Source: an uncultured Acidobacteriota bacterium
GTDB lineage: Bacteria; Acidobacteriota; Vicinamibacteria; Vicinamibacterales; UBA2999
DNA: 64,000 nt
Direction: 5' to 3'
Assembly: GCA_963841905.1 (NCBI GenBank)
Contig: CAWJEM010000015.1
Span: 50,457 to 114,456, forward strand
The position numbers were made by a program, and so were the translations under genes. Shown here piece by piece: positions 26,506 through 36,065 of the stretch. Position 1 is the first letter of the stretch; each line of letters opens with the position of its first letter. The notes under the pieces are model-generated. The model saw only the letters and a list, made by a program, of their open reading frames with translations. It was not told the DNA's origin and made no database searches.

Positions 26506-26607
26506 CTTCCGGCGAAAGCCGGAAGCCACGAGTGCCAAGCAATACTCGCACTGCCGAGCAATATCCGTGGTCGAGCAATATCCGTGGCTTCCGCCTTCAG
26601 GCGGAAG
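26506..26607. repeat. two GC hairpins (CTTCCGGC-GAAA-GCCGGAAG and CTTCCGCC-TTCA-GGCGGAAG) flanking tandem AGCAATA[TC][CT]CG units
   Basis: Read directly. The 24-nt GTGGCTTCCGCCTTCAGGCGGAAG (26584-26607) recurs exactly at 28685-28708. The carboxylesterase stop codon (complement of 26597-26599) lies in the second hairpin loop. Confidence 0.75.
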
Positions 26608-28108
26608 TCCGACGAGCGAGGGCTCGATCGAGGAAGTCGAGTTGCGGCTTGAGGAGGTGCGTGCGGCTCGCGATCTGCGTGCCGAAATCCAGATACGGCT
26701 CGGTGATCGGATCGTAGGGCATCCAGAGGGGAAGGCCTGGACCGTTGGGATCTCCCGCCGCAACGAAATTCACCCAGTAGCTCGACATGCGATCGGCCAG
26801 CCGGCGGTCGTCGTCTGTGTAGTCGAAACCGGCTTCGCGTGGATCGGTCGACGGGATGACGTTGAAGACGTATGGGATTTCGCCGGCATGAAAGGCGCCT
26901 AGAGCGCCTCGTCGCGGCGCCGGTGGGGCATAGCTGAAGTAATAGAGAAACGCTTTCGAGCCGACCGCCGTCACAAGGCGTGCCCAGTTCCGCATATGGG
27001 ACGAAAACGTGGTGTCGCGGGCCACGTCGACGACGGCGCGCGCCGTGTCTGCGTCGCTGCGAACGTTGTAGGCGAGTTCGAATTCACTCGCCAGCTCGCG
27101 AAAGTGTTGCGCCGTCCATCGTCTGAAATCCTCCAGCGTTCGCGGTGCGGTTCGCGCAAGGTCGAACGGCGTCATCTCATCCGCAGTCGAACCGACAATC
27201 ACCGGCACGTGGTGATGCCGCCCGCCCGCAAAGATCGCTCGGATCTCATCTGGCAGGACCCATCCATCGACGTTCTCCTGGCTGCGAAAGCCATCGACCA
27301 TCACCAGCGAGTCGGCGGGCAGTTGTCGCAACGCCGACAACGAATCGGCGCCAAGCCTTCGGGCCAACGCCAGTCCCACACCTTCCGCGGATGTTTGCGA
27401 TCCACGATCGTCGGTCAGATGGGGAGTGCGGCTGAATCGGCCACCGCTCTGGCCGATCGCGCCTCGAAAGAGGCCGGCTGCCAGCGGCGACGCCATCAGC
27501 GTGTTGACGCTCCACGAACCGGCGGACTCGCCAGCGATGGTGACCTTCGCCGGATCGCCACCGAAGCGCTCGACGTTTCGCTGCACCCATTGCAGCGCGG
27601 CAATCTGGTCGAGCACGCCGTAATTGCCTGATGATCCCTGAGGCGACTCCGCGCTCAGTTCCGGATGCGCGAAGTAACCCAACGGACCCAGCCGATAGTT
27701 GAGCGAGACCAGAACGACGTTCTGCTGAGCGAGTGGGACGCCATCGCGTACGTCGCTGATGCTGGAGCCATACGTCAGCGCACCGCCGTGAATCCACACG
27801 AGCACGGGTAGCTGGTCGCGTGCATGGGCGGTCGTCCACACGTTGAGGAAAAGGCAATCCTCGTTTTGCGGCTGTAATGGCCGTATGTAGATGGACCCCC
27901 TCGGATATTGGGCCTGGGGGCACTCGTGGCCAAAGGTGGAGGCCTCGCGCACCCCCGACCAGGGGACCACCGGCTGGGGCGGTTTCCATCGACCATCCCC
28001 AACCGGAGGCGCCGCATAGGGGATTCCCTTGAAAACATGCACGCCCCGATCGAGAACGCCGGCGACCTGCCCGCTTTCGATGTCGATGATTCTGTGACTT
28101 GCGCTCAT
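26597..28108 (-). CDS. carboxylesterase type B (para-nitrobenzyl-esterase-like)
   Basis: FKGIPYAAPPVG, EDCLFLNVW, VWIHGGA, GESAGS nucleophile motif. ATG at complement 28106-28108; a TTG lies 3 nt upstream in the ORF track. Confidence 0.9.
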   Translation of the reverse strand: MSASHRIIDIESGQVAGVLDRGVHVFKGIPYAAPPVGDGRWKPPQPVVPWSGVREASTFGHECPQAQYPRGSIYIRPLQPQNEDCLFLNVWTTAHARDQLPVLVWIHGGALTYGSSISDVRDGVPLAQQNVVLVSLNYRLGPLGYFAHPELSAESPQGSSGNYGVLDQIAALQWVQRNVERFGGDPAKVTIAGESAGSWSVNTLMASPLAAGLFRGAIGQSGGRFSRTPHLTDDRGSQTSAEGVGLALARRLGADSLSALRQLPADSLVMVDGFRSQENVDGWVLPDEIRAIFAGGRHHHVPVIVGSTADEMTPFDLARTAPRTLEDFRRWTAQHFRELASEFELAYNVRSDADTARAVVDVARDTTFSSHMRNWARLVTAVGSKAFLYYFSYAPPAPRRGALGAFHAGEIPYVFNVIPSTDPREAGFDYTDDDRRLADRMSSYWVNFVAAGDPNGPGLPLWMPYDPITEPYLDFGTQIASRTHLLKPQLDFLDRALARRTSA

Positions 28109-28121
28109 CAATACGCCAACT

Positions 28122-28224
28122 CGGCACTTGGCACTTCACGAACCCCTGGGCACCATCGGCATATGGGCACCATAGGCACCGCACCCAGGCACCCAGGCAC
28201 CGAGGCACTGAGGCACCGAGGCAT
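28122..28224 (+). repeat. strand-asymmetric GGCAC array (9x GGCAC)
   Basis: CGGCACTTGGCACTTCACG...GGGCACCATCGGCATATGGGCACCATAGGCACCGCACCCAGGCACCCAGGCACCGAGGCACTGAGGCACCGAGGCA. Lies in the divergent spacer. GGCAC is on the sense strand of the downstream 28380 gene. Confidence 0.8.
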
Positions 28225-28379
28225 TTGCGCGCCCGCATTCTAATGGAAGAGGTCTCGCGTCTTGCCGGCTTCGGCCGCGATGCCGCGCCGGTGTCAAAGT
28301 TTACGAAATTGCCATAGACATCGAGCGGCGAAGAACCGACAATCTGTGGCTCCGTGAGCCATCACCAAGGAGGGAACCG

Positions 28380-28640
28380 ATGTTTGGCGTTCTTGGGTGG
28401 ATACTTTTCGGGTTGATCGCGGGCGTGATTGCGAAGTTGATTATGCCGGGCAGAGATCCCGGTGGCTTCGTCGTCACGATGCTGCTCGGCATTGCCGGCG
28501 CGCTCGTCGGCGGGTTCGTCGGGCGTGCGTTGGGACTCTACGGCGAAGGCGAGGCAGCCGGCCTGATCTTGTCGGTGATCGGTGCCATCATCCTTTTGGG
28601 AATCTATCGGATGGTGGTCAAGCCGCATCCCAAGGTCTAG
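28380..28640 (+). CDS. GlsB/YeaQ/YmgE-family small membrane protein
   Basis: MFGVLGWILFGLIAGVIAKLIMPGRDPGGFVVTMLLGIAGALVGGFVG. RBS AAGGAGGG upstream. Confidence 0.85.
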   Translation: MFGVLGWILFGLIAGVIAKLIMPGRDPGGFVVTMLLGIAGALVGGFVGRALGLYGEGEAAGLILSVIGAIILLGIYRMVVKPHPKV

Positions 28641-28737
28641 GCACGGAAACACGGAAGCGGAAACACGGAAGCGCGAAATCTCGCGTGGCTTCCGCCTTCA
28701 GGCGGAAGATGCCTCTTCTGCTTCCGTGCTTCCGTGG
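28641..28737. repeat. nested hairpins built from CACGGAAG words plus a copy of the 24-nt GTGGCTTCCGCCTTCAGGCGGAAG element
   Basis: GCACGGAAACACGGAAGCGGAAACACGGAAGC ... GCTTCCGTGCTTCCGTG. Inner hairpins CGCGA-AATC-TCGCG and CTTCCGCC-TTCA-GGCGGAAG. Lies between convergent genes. Confidence 0.8.
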
Positions 28738-28744
28738 CCCTTCG

Positions 28745-29230
28745 CTACGCGCGTTCGTAGAACGGCGGCGGCGCAATCCCCAAGGCGCGCAGGTAGACAT
28801 AGCCCTGGCCTCGGTGATGAACCTCGTTATCGATGACGTACAGCATCAAGTTGTACGCCTTGTCGGTGTACTGCCCAAAAGCCGTTAATGTCTCCTGAAA
28901 GCGTTCCGCCGGAATCTGCGGCCAGAGCTTGTTGATCTGCTCCGTGCTCTCGTCCCACAAGCGCAGGACTTCTTGCTTCGACTTGGCCTCGCGCGTCGCG
29001 AACTGCGTCCACTGATTCGTCACCATACCCTGGACCATGGGCGACGCCATGGCGAGCATTTCCATCGCGAGCTCGCCAAAGGGGCGCATCGAGCCCACGG
29101 AAAAACTAAACAGCTTGTCGTCCGGGAAGGTGTCGATCATGCGCCGGGTGAGACGGCGGTGACCCTGCCAGTGGTCGAGCAGTGCGCTGGACGAAACGAA
29201 AAGAGCCGAGGGACTCGCGGTAACTGCCAT
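28745..29230 (-). CDS. DinB-family protein
   Basis: ALLDHWQGHRRLTRRMIDTFPDD, YVIDNEVHHRGQGYVYLRALG (DinB_2-like His pattern). Confidence 0.75.
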   Translation of the reverse strand: MAVTASPSALFVSSSALLDHWQGHRRLTRRMIDTFPDDKLFSFSVGSMRPFGELAMEMLAMASPMVQGMVTNQWTQFATREAKSKQEVLRLWDESTEQINKLWPQIPAERFQETLTAFGQYTDKAYNLMLYVIDNEVHHRGQGYVYLRALGIAPPPFYERA

Positions 29231-29447
29231 GGCTATGACCTCATTGAGAAGAAGTGACGTTGGGAGCCAATCCTAGTCCACGATTCATGTCACCTTCTGT
29301 CATGATTCCACCTCTTACATCGATGCAGCTTGCGACCGGATGAGCTTGGCAGTATCCTCGCTTTACATCGGCGTCACATATTGACTTGTCGGCGCTATTC
29401 GGATCGTTCGACAACCAGAAACGCGTATCAAAACAAAGGAACGTTGG

Positions 29448-30617
29448 ATGAGTCGTCACCTGCCCCCAGTGTCAGTCGTCGTGTGCGTCGTGTTCGCGGC
29501 CGGATGCGGGTACCGCCCTACGGAACCGGTGTCGGCCCAGACGTCTTCCCAGACGCGCACCTACTTCGTCGCGGCGGAGGACGTGACCTGGGACTATGCT
29601 CCCAGCGGCGCCAACAAAATCACGGGCAAGCCGTTCGAAGGCTTCGAGCTTTTCTTGACGACGGCCACGCCGATGACGCTGGGTCGGATGTACAAGAAGA
29701 CCGTCTTTCACGAGTACACCGATGATTCATTCACCAAACTCAAGCCGCGAGAGCCGCAGTGGGAGCACCTGGGAATCCTCGGGCCGATGATTCGCGCCGA
29801 GGTTGGCGACACCATCAAGGTCGTCTTCCGCAACAACGCCAAGCATCCGCACAGCCTCCATCCGCACGGTGTCTTCTACGAAAAGTCGTCCGAAGGCGCT
29901 CAGTATGACGATGGGACGGGACAGAAGTTCGCGGTGGCGCCGGGCGCGACCCACACCTACACGTGGCCTGTGCCAGAGCGCGCTGGCCCGTCGCACGGGG
30001 AGGGCAGCTCCATCGTGTGGATGTATCACTCACACATCGAGGAGGAACGCGACGTCAATGCCGGCCTCATCGGACCTCTGCTGGTGACCGCGCGAGGTAA
30101 GGCGCGACCCGACGGCTCGCCGATCGACGTCGATCGCGAGATCGTTGCCGGGTTCATCGAGTTCGACGAGAACAACAGCTGGCACTTCGAGGAAAACATC
30201 AAGACATACGGCGTCAAAGGCAACCAGGTGCGGTTCATGGACATTTTCGCCGATCCCATCTACATCGCCAATCTCAGGGAAACCATCAACGGCTATTACT
30301 ATGGCAACACGCCGCCGATGGTGATGAAGAAGGGCGAACGCGTGCGCTGGTACCTCTTTGGCTCCACGAACTTCGAGATTCACGCCCCGCACTGGCACGG
30401 CAACACGGTCGTCGCGCGACACATGCGGACCGACGTGACGAGCCTGCTGCCGATGGACATGGTGGTGGCGGACATGGAACCCGACAACGCCGGCACATGG
30501 CTCTTCCACTGTCACACCGGGCCGCACCTGCGCGCGGGCATGGTCACGCGCTATACGGTCGAAGCGGCTGCGAATACGACGGCGGGCGCCGGCCAGATAA
30601 CTGACAGTTACAGTTAA
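29448..30617 (+). CDS. two-domain multicopper oxidase, ceruloplasmin/hephaestin A-domain-like
   Basis: Lipoprotein-like leader (VVCVVFAAGC). YFVAAEDVTWDYAP, LGILGPMIRAEVGDTIKVVFRN, SLHPHG, WMYHSHIEEERDVNAGLIGPLLV, FDENNSWHFEENI, VRWYLFG, HAPHWHG, HCHTGPHLRAGM (full T1 plus trinuclear ligand pattern). Confidence 0.85.
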   Translation: MSRHLPPVSVVVCVVFAAGCGYRPTEPVSAQTSSQTRTYFVAAEDVTWDYAPSGANKITGKPFEGFELFLTTATPMTLGRMYKKTVFHEYTDDSFTKLKPREPQWEHLGILGPMIRAEVGDTIKVVFRNNAKHPHSLHPHGVFYEKSSEGAQYDDGTGQKFAVAPGATHTYTWPVPERAGPSHGEGSSIVWMYHSHIEEERDVNAGLIGPLLVTARGKARPDGSPIDVDREIVAGFIEFDENNSWHFEENIKTYGVKGNQVRFMDIFADPIYIANLRETINGYYYGNTPPMVMKKGERVRWYLFGSTNFEIHAPHWHGNTVVARHMRTDVTSLLPMDMVVADMEPDNAGTWLFHCHTGPHLRAGMVTRYTVEAAANTTAGAGQITDSYS

Positions 30618-30721
30618 AGACCGCTACCGGCAGCCAGCAGCCAGCAGTCAGCAACCGACCACCGGCCGCCGACAACCGGCCACTGACCACTGGCCAGCGG
30701 CAACCGGCCGCTGCCTTTCGC

Positions 30722-32104
30722 TCACAGCGAGTTGAGGAATCGCAGCACCAGGCCCTGTTGCTCCGGCGTCAAACCGTCAAACCGTCGTCGAGTCGCTGAC
30801 GCTTGACCGCCGTGTCGCGCGATGGCTTCCTCGCGCGTGAACGACAGGCCGTCGTGCATCAAGCGATTTCTAGTGCGCAGCCCCCACAGCGGGGCCGTGC
30901 GGATGAGCGGCGCCGTTTCCGCGTACTGCGGTCCCGGCAACACCGGGATGCCATCGCCAGACTCGATGTCGTGCAGCAGGAAATCACTGTACGGGTGGAT
31001 CACCTTGTTCCCCAGAGCCTCTGGCACGGTGAAGGCGCCGGCGTTGATGCGCGTGCCCGCTGGCGCTGTGACCAGCGAGGCCACGTGGCACGTCGAGCAA
31101 CCGATACTCTCGAAGAGCTTCTCGCCTTCTAGCACCTCCGGTGTGATCGGGCCGCGCGACGGCGCTTTCGTCGAGCGCATGAAATTGGCGAAGGCAACGA
31201 TGTCCACACCGTCATCTTCAGGGTCCGGTACGGTGTCGAAAGGAGCGACGTCGCGGCCGCTCGAACTGTTCTCGTCTGGGAAGAGCGGGCTCGTGATGCC
31301 CATTTCGTTGAGGTAAGCGTCGGCGCTGAATGACTCGAGGCTGGCGTGCTGGCTCTTCCAGCCGAAGCGGCCAATCCGAGAGGCCCCGCTGACCTCGAGC
31401 ACCGGGACGATCACCGCTAACCCGCGCATTGATCCAGGCTGATGATCGCGGATCGCGAGGAGTGTCCGATTGGAGATGGCTTCGATGAATCCGGCCCCTA
31501 GCGTGTTGGTCGAGATTCGGAACGTCCGAATGTCATCCTCGAACGAGACCACCTCACCGATCTCGGGATGGGTGGCCCGCGAATGAATCAGCGACCCCCC
31601 GAGCGACTCGAAAAACTCACCTTCAAGTAGTTGCCCGGTGCGATGTTCCGCAATCTGGCTGGCGCCCCCAGTGACCACGTTCTGGTGGCATTCTCGGCAG
31701 CTCTGGGCGTTGTAGGTTGGGCCAAGGCCGTCGTCGACGGTCTCGACTTCTTCGAAAATGAACCGATTGTCGTTGAAGGAACGGAGTGGGACGACGTTGT
31801 CTTCGTCGATGTCTTCGAACGGCGGCCCTTGTTCGTTGAAGCCATTGGTCTCGTTGTCGAAGCCGACCGGCGCTTCGGTGGGTGCCGCGCGTCGCTCCCG
31901 GCCGGTGTCGTCTTCCTCGTCAACCGCACCCGCGTGGCTGAATCGCTGCCGGCGGCGTTCGTCCGCAGGGCGACCCTGCGTTGCGACAATCGCAATCGTC
32001 GTTGACGAAAGGATCGCAGCAAGTAGAACAGACAACGTACCTCTGGTGTAACTCAATGAATGAACGCGCAGGATTCTCATCGCGTCCCTCCTTCCAAGCG
32101 ACAT
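30722..32104 (-). CDS. di-haem cytochrome-c peroxidase-like protein (DUF1111 type)
   Basis: Two CxxCH motifs: AQSCRECHQN and SIGCSTCHVAS. GRFGWKSQHASL, PLWGLRTRNRLMHDG. Confidence 0.8.
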   Translation of the reverse strand: MSLGRRDAMRILRVHSLSYTRGTLSVLLAAILSSTTIAIVATQGRPADERRRQRFSHAGAVDEEDDTGRERRAAPTEAPVGFDNETNGFNEQGPPFEDIDEDNVVPLRSFNDNRFIFEEVETVDDGLGPTYNAQSCRECHQNVVTGGASQIAEHRTGQLLEGEFFESLGGSLIHSRATHPEIGEVVSFEDDIRTFRISTNTLGAGFIEAISNRTLLAIRDHQPGSMRGLAVIVPVLEVSGASRIGRFGWKSQHASLESFSADAYLNEMGITSPLFPDENSSSGRDVAPFDTVPDPEDDGVDIVAFANFMRSTKAPSRGPITPEVLEGEKLFESIGCSTCHVASLVTAPAGTRINAGAFTVPEALGNKVIHPYSDFLLHDIESGDGIPVLPGPQYAETAPLIRTAPLWGLRTRNRLMHDGLSFTREEAIARHGGQASATRRRFDGLTPEQQGLVLRFLNSL

Positions 32105-32251
32105 GGCGCTGGCGTCCTAGAACGAGGTGGGACCGAGGCTGGCGCAGAACGAACGTTGAACGCTACGTGCCGGCAGAGGGATTGTCGGGCAACGGTCCCG
32201 GAGACTGGCAAGCACACTAGTGGCGGGACGACACACTGTCATTGAAGTAGT

Positions 32252-32846
32252 TTAAGAAGTGCGCGACTTACCCCTCGCGATGCGTCCACGCAGTTTGCTC
32301 AAGAACTCAGGTGAGACGCCGATGTAGCGGGCGATCTGGTATTGCGGGATGCGCGCGTCCAGTCCGGGATACAGCTCGATGAAGGCGCGGTATCGCTGTT
32401 CCGCAGTCTTCCGCAACGATGCGGTCACACGCTGCTGCTGCAGGCGTAGGACACGCTCCACGGTGGTGTTGTAGAACGCCGATACCCTTGGGATGTCACG
32501 CCGGAGCTCCTGGAGCGACGTGCGGTCGAGCAGGAAGACGTCCGAGGGTTCCACCGCGTCAATCGCGAGCGACGACGGTCCTCTCGTCAGAAAACTTTCG
32601 GTGTCGGTCAAGCACCATCCCTCCGGCGCAAAGTGCAGCACACGCTCGGATCCGTCGTCGTCTGCGAAGTACGCGCGAAGGCAACCACGCAACACGAACG
32701 CCAGGAAAGTGGCGGATTCGGCGAAGCTGAGGAGTGTCGCACCCTTTGTCCAAGTGGCGACACTGCACCCGCGCGGTAACGCGATCGATTTCAGATTGCG
32801 TCAGTCGAAGATGGTCAGAAAGATACCGATGCAGCCGGTCCAGCAT
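32252..32846 (-). pseudogene. Crp/Fnr-family regulator, frame broken near 32742
   Basis: N-terminus MLDRLHRYLSDHLRLTQSEIDRVTARVQCRHLDKG is in ORF 32559..32846. The continuation (G)ATLLSFAESATFLAFVLRGCLRAYF...IARYIGVSPEFLSKLR is in the frame of ORF 32252..32695. There is one extra base in the AAAGGG(G) run. Confidence 0.75.
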
Positions 32847-32939
32847 CCACTCGTCTCGCGCAGCCGAGTGAGGGATCTGGCTGTCGTCGCGATCTGACGT
32901 TACACCCCCACGGCTACTCAGACAACCGCAGGTCCCCGT

Positions 32940-32966
32940 TTGTAACTTGTAACTTGTAACTTGTAC
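32940..32966. repeat. TTGTAAC x3-4 (complement of the GTTACAA heptamer family)
   Basis: TTGTAACTTGTAACTTGTAACTTGTAC. Abuts the sigma-factor stop codon (32967). Confidence 0.8.
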
Positions 32967-34247
32967 CTATCGTGAGATGAGCTTGGCTGCCTTCGTCGTG
33001 AGGTAGTTCCTCTCTGGAATGCTCGCGGTTCGGGCCGCGGCCGCCTGATAGTGCGAGATGGCGGCCGTGTGATCGCCTGCCATCTCGCACAGATGCCCTC
33101 TCACGGCATCGAGACGATAGTGCCGCGACATGCGCTCGTCAGCGTCGAGCGGCTTCAGCAGCTCGAGGCCCGCTGCCGGTCCATGCACCATGGCCGCCGC
33201 GATCGCATGGTTGAGCGCGACCATCGGGTTGTCGGACATCCGTTTGAGGACGGAATAGAGGGCGAGGATCTGGCGCCAGTCCGTCTCTTCGGCCCGCGTC
33301 GCTTCGTCGTGCACGGCGGCTACCGCGGCTTGCAGTTGATAAGGGCCGACCGAGCCGCGAGGAAGCGTTCGCGAAATGAGCGCCACGCCCTCCGCAATGG
33401 CGTCGCGGTCCCACAGCGTTCGATCCTGCTCGGCCAGCGGAATCAGCTCGCCGTCCGGTCCCGTCCGTGCCGCGCGCCTTGCGTCCGTCAACAGCATCAG
33501 CGCCAGTAGTCCGGCCACCTCTCCAACGTCCGGCAAAACGTGGTGAACGGCGCGGGTCAAGCGGATGGCCTCGTTGGCGAGGTCGCTGCGCTGAAGTTGT
33601 GGGCCGATGCTGCTCGTATAGCCTTCGTTGAAGATGAGATAGAGCACATGAAGGACAGCGTCCAGTCGTTCGGCCCGCTCGCGATCGGTTGGAAGACGAA
33701 AGGGTACACCCGATGTCTTGACCTTCTGCTTCGCGCGGCTGATGCGTTGCGCCATCGTCGCCTCGGGAACCATGAACGCGTTGGCGATTTCAGCGGTCGT
33801 GAGGCCGCCGACGGCGCGCAGCGTGAGAGCGATCGCCGACGTTTGCGTCAGCGCCGGGTGGCAACACATGAACAGCAGGATGAGCGTATCGTCGCCGCCG
33901 CCGGCGTGGTCAGCGCCGCCCGTGGAGTCCCAGCCGGCGCGTGACACAGCATCAGGCTCGGGTCCATCGACCACCTGACGTTCAGGCGATTCGATGACGA
34001 CCGCGGTTTCTCGCCGCCGGCGGGCGAGCTCGGCGCGAATGTGGTCGGTCATCCGCCGCGCGGCGACGTGAATCAACCAGCCGCGTGGATTGTCCGGCAC
34101 CCCCTCGTGTGGCCATTGCATCGCGGCCGCGAGCAATGCCTCCTGCACTGCGTCTTCGGCAGCAGAGAAGTCGCCGTAACGGCGGATCACTGCGCCAAGC
34201 ACCTGCGGCGCCAGCTCGCGCAGCAAGTGTTCGCTCGTGAAGGTCAC
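32967..34247 (-). CDS. long ECF-type sigma factor with C-terminal TPR-like extension (COG4941-like)
   Basis: DFSAAEDAVQEALLAAA (region 2), GGLTTAEIANAFMVPEATMAQRISRAKQKV (region 4 HTH), plus a ~200-aa C-terminal extension. Confidence 0.8.
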   Translation of the reverse strand: MTFTSEHLLRELAPQVLGAVIRRYGDFSAAEDAVQEALLAAAMQWPHEGVPDNPRGWLIHVAARRMTDHIRAELARRRRETAVVIESPERQVVDGPEPDAVSRAGWDSTGGADHAGGGDDTLILLFMCCHPALTQTSAIALTLRAVGGLTTAEIANAFMVPEATMAQRISRAKQKVKTSGVPFRLPTDRERAERLDAVLHVLYLIFNEGYTSSIGPQLQRSDLANEAIRLTRAVHHVLPDVGEVAGLLALMLLTDARRAARTGPDGELIPLAEQDRTLWDRDAIAEGVALISRTLPRGSVGPYQLQAAVAAVHDEATRAEETDWRQILALYSVLKRMSDNPMVALNHAIAAAMVHGPAAGLELLKPLDADERMSRHYRLDAVRGHLCEMAGDHTAAISHYQAAAARTASIPERNYLTTKAAKLISR

Positions 34248-34339
34248 TGTCCTAGCTTACGCGCAGAGCCACCACCACGCCCCTCGTCAGTGCTAGCTCC
34301 GGCCCCGTCGTCTCGTTGGTCAGAAAATGTCCCGATCTG

Positions 34340-36065
34340 TCAAGTCTTGAAGACTATCGATCCAACTATCTCGGCAGCGTCCCGCTCCAAGGTACGCCGC
34401 ATGAGCAGTTCGTGGGTACCCACAGCCGCGTCGGCGTTGCCCGCGTCCGAGGCCACGCGCGAATACGTCCCCGTTTCGTCCAGACACCAGGCTTGACGGG
34501 CGTCGCGCAGGTTCACCTCGAGGATTTCCCACAGCTTCTCGCGCAGGCCACGGCCCGTCACCGGCGTCACCACCTCGACTCGGCGCGAAAGGTTGCGAAA
34601 CATCCAGTCTGCCGAGCCGATGAAGAACTCGCCTTCGCGCGGGTCCTCGGAACCGGCGGCGAAGTGGAAGATCCGGGGGTGCTCGAGGAAGCGTCCGATG
34701 ATCGACCGCACGCGCACGTTCTCGCTCCATCCGCGCACACCGGGCTTGAGGCAGCAGAAGCCCCGCACGATGAGGTCGATCGACACGCCGGCGCGCGCGG
34801 CCTCGCAGAGCGCGGTGATCAGCGCCGGATCTTCCAACTGGTTCATCTTGGCCACGATCCGCGCCGGACGTCCCTCTCGTTGCGCCTCGACCTCGCGGTT
34901 GATCCGCTCCACGAGGCTCTTCCGCAGCGTTCGAGGTGCCACGAGCAGCCGCTCGAAGCCGGGGCTTTCCGCTCGGCCTGTCAAATAGTGGAAGAACCTG
35001 ACCACGTCGCTGGTGAGCGCCGGGTCTGCCGTCAGCAAACCAACGTCGGTGTACATCCGGGCCGTGCGAACGTTGTAGTTGCCCGTCCCGATGTGCGCGT
35101 AACAGCGCAAGCGCCCGGCTTCTGTCCGGACCACCAGTGCTGTTTTCGCGTGGATCTTCAGCCCGGCCACTCCGTAGAGCACCTTGGCGCCGGCCTTTTC
35201 CAACGCGCTCGCCCAGTGCAGGTTTCGATCTTCGTCGAATCGCGCTTGCAGCTCGATGACGCAAGCGACCTGCTTGCCCCTGTCCGCAGCGCGGATCAGC
35301 GAGCGGACGAACGGCGTGTCATCGCCCACCCGATACACCGTCATCTTGATCGAGATGGTTGCCGGGTCATCGGCCGCGGCGCTGATGAAGTGCTCGACGC
35401 TGGCGTCGAAACTTTCGTACGGATGGTGAACGAGCACATCGCCATTGGCAATCGCCGCGAAGATGTCTTCGTAACCGCCTCGGAGGGCCGGCGGCTGGCG
35501 AGGCGACCAGGGGCGATCCCGCAAGGCCGGACAATCGAGACTCGCGATTTGAAACAGGCTGGTGTAGTCGAGCTCACCGGGCATGTCGTAGACGTCGGCG
35601 TCGGTCAGCTCGAACCGCTCCATCAAGCCCGTTCGGATGGCCGGATCCGCGTCCTGGGTGAACTCCAAGCTGCTGGGCCTGGCTGAGCCGCTCCCACGGA
35701 AGCAGATGGATACCATGGCTGGCCAGCTCGGTCACGATGGCCGCAAAACACCGGGCCTGCTGCTCCAGGTCGGGCTGCAGGCGCTCGTGAATGGCCGCGA
35801 TGTGGGCGAGGCGGGCGGGTGTCGGATCTTCGCGCAGCACGGCGACGCGCTTCATGAAGAACTCGTCGAGATTCGAGGTGAAGATCGCCAAAAACTTGGC
35901 CCGTTCGAGCAGCGGCGTTCGCAAGTCCTGCGCTTCGGCCAGCACCCGGCGATTGAAATCGAGCCATCCCAGATCCCGGTCAATCCACACTTCGGCCAGG
36001 GGGGCCCTTTCGTAGGCGGGCGCAGCGTCCCGCTCGTCGGTTGGTACGGGGTGAGTGTCAGTCAT
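34340..36065 (-). pseudogene. ppk1: polyphosphate kinase 1 with internal deletion and frame change near 35669
   Basis: N-domain (DRDLGWLDFNRRVLAEAQD..PLLERAKFLAIFTSNLDEFFMKRV) is in ORF 35574..36065. C1/C2 domains (VLVHHPYESF, IKMTVYRVG, ELQARFDEDRNLHWA, GLKIHAKTALV, HIGTGNYN) are in ORF 34340..35716. The junction LSQAQQ|LEFTQDAD skips most of the head domain. Confidence 0.85.

Noticed and set aside
30618-30721. CAGC/CCGG-rich low-complexity spacer (GGCAGCCAGCAGCCAGCAGTCAGC...CCGGCCGCTGCC) as a defined hairpin terminator
   Set aside because: Only short terminal complementarity (GGCAGC/GCTGCC) is present and there is no T-tract. I could not define a convincing stem. It probably belongs to the same word-array phenomenon but is too degenerate to call.
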